This document shows, in pieces, positions 1-13,000 of a stretch of 61,733 nucleotides of DNA. Under the pieces are notes generated by a model, which searched no databases, was not told the DNA's origin, and worked only from the letters and a program-made list of their open reading frames with translations. A program made the translations under genes and the position numbers. The first letter of the stretch is position 1. Each line of letters begins with the position of its first letter. The DNA is taken from the NCBI GenBank assembly GCA_032718475.1, contig JAUCBJ010000858.1:1-61733 (forward strand). The letters run 5' to 3'. The DNA comes from Nemertoderma westbladi (Eukaryota > Animalia > Xenacoelomorpha).

Positions 1-600
1 CACTTGAATAAGGACGACCTGCCGGAAACAAAGACCCTAGGTCTTTGTTGGAGCACTGAGACCGACAATATGTTTTTTAAGGTTAAGTTGCGTGATGATC
101 TAGTTAGAACCAAACGTATATGTTTAAGCATGCTTAGTACATATTTTGACCCCCTAGGATTCATTAGCCCCATCATACTCATAGCTAGAGACCTTGTTCA
201 GAGAATGTAGAAGGAAAATGACAGTTGGGATGACCCCCTGAAGGGAGAGCTGCTAGATGACTGGTGGAAATGGGAACGGTCACTCCCTACTTGGAGGGCC
301 TTTTAGTGCCTCGAGCATATTTCGGGAATGTCCTGCCTACCTTTGAGTTTCAACTCCATCTATTCGGCGACGCCAGTGATAAGAGGATGGGTGTGGTGGC
401 TTACTTTAGGGTAGTAACCCCTGAAGGAGTAAAGGTAGCATTGGCTGCTTCCAAAGCACTAATTAGACCGATTGCCAGGCCAAAGGACTCCTTAACCATT
501 CCCCGCGCAGAACTCAAAGCAGCTTTATATAGTACTATTATAGCTAAGAATATATTGGCACAAACGGACTACAATATAGTTAAGACAGTGTACTGGACCG
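1..600 (+). mobile_element. Decayed BEL/Pao LTR retrotransposon fragment (end of RT and RNase H), intronic and antisense to PHKA
   Basis: DDLPETKTLGL, RTKRICLSMLSTYFDPLGFISP, HLFGDAS, TIPRAEL and YWTD are Pao RT/RNase H motifs. Clearly related to 50250-50825 of the large element. Stop at 208-210 and a frameshift near 265. Confidence 0.9.
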
Positions 601-800
601 ACCTTATGTATCAATAATTTTATTCACTAAGACCGACCTTATGTATCAATAATTTTATTTACTAAGACCGACCTTATGTATCAATAATTTTATTTACTAA
701 GACCGACCTTATGTATCAATAATTTTATTTACTAAGACCGACCTTATGTATCAATAATTTTATTTACTAAGACCGACCTTATGTATCAATAATTTTATTT
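596..800. repeat. 35-bp tandem repeat, about 6 copies
   Basis: Unit GACCGACCTTATGTATCAATAATTTTATTTACTAA; begins at the truncation point of the BEL fragment. Confidence 0.95.
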
Positions 801-3107
801 GTATAGGGTATGATATGAAGGGTGTGGGTGGTATAGGGTATGATATGAAGGGTGTGGGTGGTATAGGGTATGATATGAAGGGTGTGGGTGGTATAGGGTA
901 TGATACGAAGGGTGTGGGTGGTATATAGTATGATATGAAGGGTGTGGGTGGTATAGGGTATGATATGAAGGGGGTGGGTGGTATAGGGTATGATATGAAG
1001 GGGGTGGGTGGTATAGGGTATGATATGAAGGGTGGGGTGGTATAGGGTATGATATGAAGGGTGTGGGTGGTATAGGGTGTGAAATGAATGGGGTGGGTGG
1101 TATAGGGTATGATATGAATGGGGTGGGTGGTATATGGTATGATATGAAGGGGGTGGGTGGTATAGGGTATGATATGAAGGGGGTGGGTGGTATAGGGTAT
1201 GATATGAAGGGGGTGGGTGGTATAGGGTATGATATGAATGGGGTGGGTGGTATAGGGTATGATATGAAGGGTGTGGGTGGTATAGGGTATGATATGAAGG
1301 GTGTGGGTGGTATAGGGTATGATACGAAGGGTGTGGGTGGTATAGGGTATGATATGAAGGGTGTGGGTGGTATAGGGTGTGATATGAAGGGTGTGGGTGG
1401 TATAGGGTATGATATGAAGGGTGTGGGTGGTATAGGGTATGATATGAAGGGTGTGGGTGGTATAGGGTATGATATGAAGGGTGTGGGTGGTATAGGGTAT
1501 GATACGAAGGGTGTGGGTGGTATAGGGTATGATATGAAGGGTGTGGGTGGTATAGGGTATGATATGAAGGGGGTGGGTGGTATAGGGTATGATATGAAGG
1601 GTGTGGGTGGTATAGGGTATGATATGAAGGGTGTGGGTGGTATAGGGTATGATATGAAGGGTGTGGGTGGTATAGGGTGTGAAATGAATGGGGTGGGTGG
1701 TATAGGGTATGATATGAATGGGGTGGGTGGTATATGGTATGATATGAAGAGGGTGGGTGGTATAGGGTATGATATGAAGGGGGTGGGTGGTATAGGGTAT
1801 GATATGAAGGGTGTGGGTGGTATAGGGTATGATATGAAGGGTGTGGGTGGTATAGGGTATGATACGAAGGGTGTGGGTGGTATAGGGTATGATATGAAGG
1901 GTGTGGGTGGTATAGGGTATGATATGAAGGGTGTGGGTGGTATAGGGTGTGAAATGAATGGGGTGGGTGGTATAAGGTATGATATGAATGGGGTGGGTGG
2001 TATATGGTATGATATGAAGGGGGTGGGTGGTATAGGGTATGATATGAAGGGGGTGGGTGGTATAGGGTATGATATGAAGGGGGTGGGTGGTATAGGGTAT
2101 GATATGAATGGGGTGGGTGGTATAGGGTATGATATGAAGGGTGTGGGTGGTATAGGGTATGATACGAAGGGTGTGGGTGGTATAGGGTATGATATGAAGG
2201 GTGTGGGTGGTATAGGGTATGATACGAAGGGTGTGGGTGGTATAGGGTATGATACGAAGGGTGTGGGTGGTATAGGGTATGATACGAAGGGTGTGGGTGG
2301 TATAGGGTATGATATGAAGGGGGTGGGTGGTATAGGGTATGATATGAAGGGGGTGGGTGGTATAGGGTATGATTCGAAGGGTGTGGGTGGTATGGGGTAT
2401 GATACGAAGGGTGTGGGTGGTATAGGGTATGATATGAAGGGGGTGGGTGGTATAGGGTATGATATGAATGGGGTGGGTGGTATAGGGTATGATATGAAGG
2501 GTGTGGGTGGTATAGGGTATGATATGAAGGGTGTGGGTGGTATAGGGTATGATATGAAGGGTGTGGGTGGTATAGGGTATGATATGAAGGGTGTGGGTGG
2601 TATAGGGTATGATATGAAGGGGGTGGGTGGTATATGGTATGATATGAAGGGGGTGGGTGGTATAGGGTATGATATGAAGGGTGTGGGTGGTATAGGGTAT
2701 GATACTAAGGGTGTGGGTGGTATAGGGTATGATATGAAGGGGGTGGGTGGTATAGGGTGTGATATGAAGGGTGTGGGTGGTATAGGGTATGATATGAAGG
2801 GTGTAGGTGGTATAGGGTATGATATGAAGGGTGTGGGTGGTATAGGGTATGATATGAAGGGTGTGGGTGGTATAGGGTATGATATGAATGGGGTGGGTGG
2901 TATAGGGTATGATATGAAGGGGGTGGGTGGTATAGGGTATGATATGAAGGGGGTGGGTGGTATAGGGTGTGATATGAAGGGTGTGGGTGGTATAGGGTAT
3001 GATATGAAGGGTGTGGGTGGTATAGGGTATGATATGAAGGGTGTGGGTGGTATAGGGTATGATATGAAGGGTGTGGGTGGTATAGGGTATGATATGAAGG
3101 GGGTGGT
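801..3107. repeat. 30-bp G-rich minisatellite, about 77 copies
   Basis: Unit GTATAGGGTATGATATGAAGGGTGTGGGTG. Confidence 0.97.
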
Positions 3108-3453
3108 GGTGTTAGAAGAGGGTACAGATATTTATAACATACACGAAGTGGGACCTTCGCGCAGCACGTGACAGAAACATATGTTAAGTGTCCACTCGAA
3201 AGAAATATAACTGCTTAAACAAAATGTATTATTACATGATAATAAGTTAATTAAATATTAATTTATTATCATCTAGCAGAGAAAACAGAGACAATATGCG
3301 ATATTATTAATATAACTAAACTAGTTGCAATCACAACAATACTATTACAAGCTGCTATGAAATACTAATCAGGTACTAATTAAGGAAAGTCCGAAAACCA
3401 CCCAAAACAACTAACTATTACATTTAATGACTGTAATAAAGCACTTAGATTAC

Positions 3454-3564
3454 ACCACCAAGTACCAAGTACTTGGTTACTTGGTACTTGGTACTCGATT
3501 ACTCAACCAAGTACCAAGTACTTTGTTACTTGGTACTCGATTACACAACCAAGTACTTGGTGGT
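3454..3564. repeat. Short palindromic composite repeat (ACCAAGT/ACTTGGT units), MITE-like
   Basis: Starts ACCACCAAGTA and ends TACTTGGTGGT (inverted), with internal CCAAGTACTTGG palindromes. Confidence 0.6.
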
Positions 3565-3705
3565 CTTACATAAATTTGCACTTCAGTGAAAATTATACAA
3601 TATTATGTTTGAAGATGCATCATTTTATGGTCCGAATTAAAATGATTGCTTGAATATCCGTTCTTTTATTGATTTAGGTGATTTGGGAGACAAAGAAAAT
3701 AACAA

Positions 3706-3888
3706 TGCAAGGTGGCAAACATTAACGCAAGGTAGCGCAGGTGCAAACATTAACGCAAGGTGGCGCAGGTGCAAACATTCGCAAGGTGGCGCAGGTGCAA
3801 ACATTCGCAAGGTAGCGCAGGTGCAAACATTCGCAAGGTAGCGCAGGTGCAAACATTCGCAAGGTGGCGCAGATGCAAACATTAATGC
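3706..3888. repeat. 26-bp tandem repeat, about 7 copies
   Basis: Unit GCAAGGTGGCGCAGGTGCAAACATTC. Confidence 0.9.
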
Positions 3889-3979
3889 AATGTGGCGAAG
3901 CTATCAACAACAATGTAATGTCTATAAACCTTAAATGTAATGTGCCAGTATACTGGAGTGGCGGGAGGGGGTGGCTTAC

Positions 3980-4055
3980 CTTACACCGTGCAAATAACCG
4001 GCTGACAGTTTGCGTAGTGTGGCAACAGTGCTAGGCAATATAGAGTGTTTTGTGT
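3980..4055 (-). CDS. PHKA: PHKA exon 13b, mutually exclusive candidate ([26 protein letters not shown])
   Basis: T-rich tract plus AAG acceptor, 76 nt, phase 1/2, donor GTAAGC. Confidence 0.85.
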
Positions 4056-7000
4056 CTTAAAAATAAAAAAAAATAAAAATGACCATAACCATAAAACATT
4101 AGGCCGCTATGTTACCGAATAAATATTGGCTACATAAATATATTTTATTATATTCTTAAAATTGTCTTTAAATCCCGCTCTTAGATAACCTGTCACTCAA
4201 TATTCCGACGGAAAAAAGGCTCTAATATAATTTTATTGGAGTAATATTTTTTGGGTAAATTTGTGACTGTAAATCAGATGCTTTCAAATAAAAATAATTA
4301 TACTTCATAGTGAATAGCCACACTGCAGGTCTTCAGTCACGAGAGAGCTGAGAGGGTGGTGGGGGGGGGGGGGGGGGGGGGCACCCCACCCTGTCTCTAT
4401 GGCATACGCCAAATACCTTTGGTAATAAAACTACATTACACTAATTGTTTTTTGTATATAATAACTATTTACATACTTGTGTGTAAAGTAGCACTTTACA
4501 GTGTGATGATCCGAGTGGCTTTGTTACACGAACGAACGTTAGTGAGTGAGTGAAAATAAAGCCACGAGGATCAGAACACTGTAAAGTACTTTGCAACAAG
4601 GTATGTATGTAGTTTTATTCCAAAATTTTAACATTACGAAATGTTTGTACATATACATTATAAGTGATAGAAACTGCACAAATTATATTAGTTGCTGCCT
4701 ATATGTAAATAATTGTAAAAATGACATAAATTATGTTATAAAAAAGTTAGCTTATATTTATGGTGGCGTTTGGGGCCATGTTAATAGTTTATAGCTACTT
4801 GTTATTAATAGCTACCGGTAGGTAATGCTGTAGGCCTATCTGGCTGTCAGGCAATTATTAATAAATACCACCTATTGTTTACGTGGTAACCAATGACGCC
4901 GTGACTTTACAGCTCGCCGTCATTGGTTACCACATAAACAAGGGACATTACAACACCAACTAAATGTACGTATACGTACATTTAGTTACATAGATACATA
5001 CAGGCCAATACAATACTGTAATGTCCTCTAAAGTTGTAAAGTGCTAAATAACAACTCGCTGTTAATACTAACGGCGTTGAGTAATGTTACAATTTTGGAA
5101 TAAAGAAATTTACAGTACCTCGTGACTTCACTAAACTCACTTACGTTTGTTAGTGTACAAAGCCATTTGGTCAGGGGACTTTACAGACTAATATTATGTA
5201 ATATTTATACACATTTGTTGCATATCGCAGAAAACAGAGCAGTACTAATGTTTAAAAATAAGTTTATATGGGGCCAAAGAGCATTAGGAAGGGTCGTTTG
5301 TGTCCGTTAGAGATTACGGAATAGTTCAGGCGCTGTTACGACATAACTTTGATTCGAGTATCTTTAATAATGTTGTTGGCCGATTCTTAAACGGCAATTA
5401 TTACTAAATACTTAAAATGTATTTTTGCTCTTTTGCACCTAAAAACCTATACGGATATTAGAGATAAGTATCAATTACAAAACTTTTGGAATTAGAAATT
5501 AAATAAGCAATAAATTAATAAAGCGGTTAATATAATACCAATTTGATATAAATTAATTAGAAATTATAATCGAATTATATATTGGTGAGACTTGGAAAAC
5601 ATCTGACACAAAAACGAGAAATAACCATAAGGGGTCATCCATAAATGACGTCACGCTGGACAGGGAGGGGGTTTGGTATGTCGTGACGATTTGTGACGAG
5701 GGGGAGGGAGGGTGTCCGCAATATCGTGACGTCACATTATAAGTTTCCGATAAAAAGCCAGGTAGTTAGGTTTTAGTCTTAAAAAACGTGACGTCATTTA
5801 TGGATGGCCCCTAAGTTATAATCTAGCACTTAAATATTAAATATTACAGCGCTAGGTGTATTAAAATCCCAGCTCATAGAGGAATTTAAAAGAGAGAATA
5901 ACTCTAATCTCAGTAAGTGCCAGATTACGAGTTGGGGTTTGTAGTTTTATTCGAAAACGGAAATATTTATTAAAAGAAAGGCTTTATTTCTTAAAAGTTT
6001 ACAGTTTTTAAAGTCCATAAGTACTGTTAGTTGTCCTACATGGGCGCTACTAGATTCTCACCCGACGTATAAAGTAACTACATAAAAAAAAGTTGTAAAA
6101 ATGGAATTACATATATTTCCATTACCGAATAAACATAAATCAAACATGAATGCAATAAAGCCCCAAATCCAGATAACAAAAAATATATTCAATAAATGAT
6201 AGACTATTATGAGTGAGGGCAGTCATAGAGCCTGTTCGCTAAGCACAATTGTTCTAGAACGCCCACCTTACGCCGGTTGTGTAACCAACATTGAGTTTCC
6301 TTAGCAACGACAAAGTTGATGGATACAAATTGAAAGTGTTATCTAAAATGCGAGCGAAAAAAAGTTTGGGGAAAAAAACAGTTTAAATATTATAACGCCA
6401 GATACACCATTACCCGTTATAGTGTAATATTATAACGCCAGATACACCATTACCCGTTATAGTGTAATATTATAACGCCAGATACACCATTACCCGTTAT
6501 AGTGTAATATTATAACGCCAGATACACCATTACCCGTTATAGTGTAATATTATAACGCCAGATACACCATTACCCGTTATAGTGTAATATTATAACGCCA
6601 GATACACCATTACCCGTTATAGTGTAATATTATAACGCCAGATACACCATTACCCGTTATAGTGTAATATTATAACGCCAGATACACCATTACCCGTTAT
6701 AGTGTAATATTATAACGCCAGATACACCATTACCCGTTATAGTGTAATTTTCTGACCCTTTCACCATATATTTCTACAAATTTTCATCATAATACTTGAA
6801 ATTTGAAACTCAACTTGTTCAACTCATCGTTGATATCCATATGAATAATTATTTGATTTTGCGTTAAATTTTTAAAAAAGTTTTGAGAATTCATGATTTG
6901 AAAATTTTGAAGCCCATATGAAATGATATTTTTCATTTTTTGACAAAATTCAACGGAAATATATTATTAACAAACAAATTATCGAAGGATTCATTTAAGT

Positions 7001-10000
7001 TTCGGTTTCGTAAGGTTGCCATATACCCTATGCCCCCATTCCTCTAGGTTATTTTTCTGATCTTCATGGCATTATATTCAATCACTATGTTTGTTTAAGT
7101 AAAAACACACTTTATAATCAGCACAAGTTCCACTTACAACACTTAAAGTCAAATGTAATAATATCACACAGATACAATTAGAGTTACTGTTACTGATACT
7201 GTATTGGTTGGAACTTACCCAACATCGATCGAGTTATTGGTACGATAATTGTCGGTCTGCCCAAACTATTCCAACTGGATCGAACGAAAGCCAATTCATT
7301 TCGGAAGACATCCCCAACCAAATCGGCGTCCAGGGCCAAATAAAACCGCTGTTTGTCGAAAAACTAAAAATATATATTATTAGAAACTACATTTTTTCGA
7401 GATTTGGTACCAAAACATTAATCTAACTTAAAAAATACTAACCAATTCTATAACTGCTAATATTGCCGATCAATTATTCATTGAGAAATAAAGACGAACT
7501 GGCGACCTCTCATCTTCTATCTATATAATCGGCCTGCAGCTTATGCTGGCTTAACAAAAATATTTTGTCACCACCATGCATTCCACAATTGGCAAGCCCA
7601 AGGCAGCGTGCATTAGGAATGCTATGCCGGCTTATCAACAAAGTTGCACCGTCACAACTCCCTATCACCCATGACATTTGCTAGATCATCCGCATCTTTA
7701 AGGCCAGTGTCCTTTAAGATGCGTCTCAAGAAAGTCATGGGCTGTCCACCATGCTTATTCACTCCATGAGGCTGCCAAATTACAAGATTATGCACTGGCT
7801 GGTCCTCACGGCGAAAACTATGTCCTGCAAAGCGGAGGCGGCTTTTGGGACCAATGAGAAACCTCCAATATTATATAGTTTCTGGTTGGAGATGTGTGCA
7901 TTGTACTTGACACAATGAACCCGGCGTAGCATTCTTGTGAATGTGCCATCCAGAGATTTGGTGTCCTCAGCAGTTAGAGCCCAGCATGGACTCCCGTAGA
8001 GGAGTACTGGAACTACTGCTGCTCTAAATAATCGGACCTTAAGTGTCCGATTAATTCTCGGTGACTTCCAAATCCTGGAAAGCCTATTCAATGCCTTTCC
8101 CTTACATATTCGAAGGTCCTCATCTGACTTCCAGAGTCAATGAGTCAGCTAGTGACACACCGGTAGTGAGTGGGCAGCTGAAACGGGATAAGTTATATGC
8201 ACTCCAAATATTTTATATTATACAACACAAAACTGCACTAATATACCGGTACTGATTACAATTCTGCATCTCTGCCTGACTCAACTCTTAAATTACCATT
8301 CCAAGTGCCAAAATGGGCTCCATGGTCCCACGACCTTTACGGAACCCATTCTGATTTCCACGGAGCAGTCTCTCAATGGGATCCTTGATGCGATTTAATA
8401 GAATTCTATTGTATAGTTTTGCAGCAATCGAGATCAATGAGATTCCCCGAAAAGAACCATAGAGTGTTAGGTTGCCCTTCTTGGGAACTGGCACCAACTT
8501 ATTTGTTTTCATTTCTTGTGGGACTCTTGTTGTACGGTACATGTCTACTATGATGGGATAGATGAGCTTTAAACACTCAGGTATTTTAAAGACCTCAGGG
8601 GGAACACCATCTACTCCAATGGCACGATTGGTGATGCTCTTTGCAGCAGCCTTCACTTCTGCAAAGGAGATATCGCCAATAGGAATATCTGGGAGTACAG
8701 ACTCAGACACCTTTACTTCTATAAAGTTATCAGGCAATACCCTGTCATTATTGAGGAGCTTTTCAAAGTGGGCTTTCCAACCATTGATGCGATCGGCTGG
8801 TGATTCAACCTTAACCTTGGTGGTTGGTTGGCTTTTCCGCCCAGTAAGCAGATTGATCGATTTCCATGCCTGGGATGATTGCCTGCTGTCGTCAGCATCA
8901 TTGATGGCATCAACCTGTTGGTTTATTAGCTCCTGTAGATTAACAGAGTACTGCCTGTTCAGGGACCTAGATGCCGCCTTAACTGCATTCTTGGCAGCTG
9001 TAGTCTGTTTGAGTAGGGACTCTTTCTGCGCCTTAGAGATTCCAACTAACTTACCTGAGGGATAAATACGAACTGACGACCTCTCATTGTGTAGATCCGA
9101 CAACTCCCAAGGATACCGATATTATGTTTCGGTCGACCCGATAGTTCCAGTTTCTTACAGGAGCCTAAAACGAGACAAATAAACAATAGGAGGGGGGGGG
9201 GGGGGGGGGGGCTAGAGTTCCTATAGGATACTGGCCGTTGCCTAACTTACCCAGTTCGGCATAGAGTTCCTATAGGATACTGGCGTTGCCTAACTTACCC
9301 AGTTCGGCATAGAGTTCCTATAGGATACTGGCCGTTGCCTAACTTACCCAGTTCGGCATAGAGTTCCTATAGGATACTGGCCGTTGCCTAACTTACCCAG
9401 TTCGGCATAGAGTTCCTATAGGATACTGGCCGTTGCCTAACTTACCCAGTTCGGCATAGAGTTCCTATAGGATACTGGCCGTTGCCTAACTTACCCAGTT
9501 CGGCATAGAGTTCCTATAGGATACTGGCCGTTGCCTAACTTACCCAGTTCGGCATAGAGTTCCGATCGGATACTGGCCGTTGCCTAACTTACCCAGTTCG
9601 GCATAGAGTTCCGATAGGATACTGGCCGTTGCCTAACTTACCCAATTCGGCATAGAGTTCCGATCGGATACTGGCCGTTGCCTAACTTACCCAATTCGGC
9701 ATAGAGTTCCGATAGGATACTGGCCGTTGCCTAACTTACCCAATTCGGCATAGAGTTCCGATAGGATACTGGCCGTTGCCTAACTTACCCAATTCGGCAT
9801 AGAGTTCCTATAGGATACTGGCCGTTGCCTAACTTACCCAGTTCGGCATAGAGTTCCGATAGGATACTGGCCGTTGCCTAACTTACCCAGTTCGGCATAG
9901 AGTTCCTATAGGATACTGGCCGTTGCCTAACTTACCCAGTTCGGCATCTGGCCGTTGCCTAACTTACCCAGTTCGGCATAGAGTTCCGATAGGATACTGG

Positions 10001-13000
10001 CCGTTGCCTAACTTACCCAGTTCGGCATAGAGTTCCGATAGGATACTGGCCGTTGCCTAACTTACCCAGTTCGGCATAGAGTTCCTATAGGATACTGGCG
10101 TTGCCTAACTTACCCAGTTCGGCATAGAGTTCCGATAGGATACTGGCCGTTGCCTAACTTACCCAGTTCGGCATAGAGTTCCTATAGGATACTGGCCGTT
10201 GCCTAACTTACCCAGTTCGGCATAGAGTTCCGATAGGATACTGGATGGATGAACCTGTATTGGGGTCACCTCCGCTATAGTTTGCACCTGGATGTTATGC
10301 TCAATGAGTTTCTCTTTGATATAGCCGTCCTCCGCTAAACAAGCAACTGGAAAAACAAATTAACAATTATTGTGTCAGCATACATTACAACTATAAGTTA
10401 CTCTGAACAATTACAACTGACTTACCCTAAACCATTACAACTAACTTACCCTGAACCATTACAACTAACTTACCCTGAACCATTACAACTAACTTAACAT
10501 GAACCATTACAACTAACTTACCCTGAACCATTACAACTAACTTACCCTGAACCATTACAACTAACTTACCCTGAACCATTACAACTAGGTTACCCTGAAC
10601 CATTACAACTAGGTTACCCTGAACCATTACAACTAGGTTACCCTGAACCATTACAACTAACTTAACCTGAACCATTACAACTAACTTACCCTGAACCATT
10701 ACAACTAGGTTACCCTGAACCATTACAACTAGGTTACCCTGAACCATTACAACTAACTTACCCTGAACCATTACAACCAACTTAACCTGAACCATTACAA
10801 GTAACTTACCCTGAACCATTACAACTAACTGACCCTGAACCATTACAACTAACTTACCCTGAACCATTACAACTAACTTACCCTGAACCATTACAACTAA
10901 CTTACCCTGAACCATTACAACTAACTTACCCTGAACCATTACAACTAGGTTACCCTGAACCATTACAACTAGGTTACCCTGAACCATTACAACTAACTTA
11001 ACCTGAACCATTACAACCAACTTACCCTGAACCATTACAACCAACTTACCCTGAACCATTACAACCAACTTACCCTGAACCATTACAACTAGGTTACCCT
11101 GAACCATTACAACTAACTTAACCTGAACCATTACAACTAACTTACCCTGAACCATTACAACCAACTTAACCTGAACCATTACAACTAGGTTACCCTGAAC
11201 CATTACAACTAACTTACCCTAAACCATTACAACTAACTTACCCTGAACCATTACAACTAGGTTACCCTAAACCATTACAACCAACTTACCCTGAACCATT
11301 ACAACTAACTTACCCTGAACCATTACAACGAGGTTACCCTGAACCATTACAACTAACTTACCCTGAACCATTACAACGAACTTACCCTGAACCATTACAA
11401 GTAACTTACCCTGAACCATTACAACTAACTTACCCTGAACCATTACAACTAGGTTACCCTAAACCATTACAACTAACTTACCCTGAACCATTACAACCAA
11501 CTTACCCTGAACCATTACAACCAACTTACCCTGAACCATTACAACTAGGTTACCCTGAACCATTACAACTAACTTAACCTGAACCATTACAACTAACTTA
11601 CCCTGAACCATTACAACCAACTTAACCTGAACCATTACAACTAGGTTACCCTGAACCATTACAACTAACTTACCCTAAACCATTACAACGAACTTACCAT
11701 GAACCATTACAACTAACTTACCATGAACCATTACAAGTAACTTACCCTGAACCATTACAACTAACTTACCCTGAACCATTACAACTAGGTTACCCTGAAC
11801 CATTACAACTAACTTAACCTGAACCATTACAACTAACTTACCCTGAACCATTACAACCAACTTAACCTGAACCATTACAACTAGGTTACCCTGAACCATT
11901 ACAACTAACTTACCCTGAACCATTACAACTAACTTACCCTGAACCATTACAACTAGGTTACCCTAAACCATTACAACCAACTTACCCTGAACCATTACAA
12001 CTAACTTACCCTGAACCATTACAACTAGGTTACCCTGAACCATTACAACTAACTTACCCTGAACCATTACAACGAACTTACCCTGAACCATTACAAGTAA
12101 CTTACCCTGAACCATTACAACTAACTTACCCTGAACCATTACAACTAGGTTACCCTAAACCATTACAACTAACTTACCCTGAACCATTACAACCAACTTA
12201 CCCTGAACCATTACAACCAACTTACCCTGAACCATTACAACTAGGTTACCCTGAACCATTACAACTAACTTAACCTGAACCATTACAACTAACTTACCCT
12301 GAACCATTACAACCAACTTAACCTGAACCATTACAACTAGGTTACCCTGAACCATTACAACTAACTTACCCTAAACCATTACAACGAACTTACCATGAAC
12401 CATTACAACTAACTTACCATGAACCATTACAAGTAACTTACCCTGAACCATTACAACGAACTTACCCTGAACCATTACAAGTAACTTACCCTGAACCATT
12501 ACAACTAACTTACCCTGAACCATTACAACTAACTTACCCTGAACCATTACAACTAACTTAACCTGAACCATTACAACTAACTTACCCTGAACCATTACAA
12601 CTAACTTAACCTGAACCATTACAACTAACTTACCATGAACCATTACAACTAACTTACCATGAACCATTACAACTAACTTACCCTGAACCATTACAACTAA
12701 CTTAACCTGAACCATTACAACTAACTTACCCTGAACCATTACAACTAACTTACCCTGAACCATTACAACGAACTTACCCTGAACCATTACAAGTAACTTA
12801 CCCTGAACCATTACAACTAACTTACCCTGAACCATTACAACTAACTTACCCTGAACCATTACAACTAACTTAACCTGAACCATTACAACTAACTTACCCT
12901 GAACCATTACAACTAACTTAACCTGAACCATTACAACTAACTTACCATGAACCATTACAACTAACTTACCATGAACCATTACAACTAACTTACCCTGAAC

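Noticed and set aside
1054-3171. 705-aa MKGVGGIGYD repeat ORF
   Set aside because: Stop-free frame of a 30-bp minisatellite, intronic and antisense to PHKA, with no unique coding flanks.
5329-5386. Possible extra PHKA exon ([19 protein letters not shown])
   Set aside because: Phase incompatible with the flanking exons and no recognisable PHKA similarity.
8288-9103. 271-aa ORF as an independent gene or PHKA-LINE fusion
   Set aside because: A LINE frame that happens to extend into PHKA exon 11 in a different frame; the exon has a strong donor at 9054.
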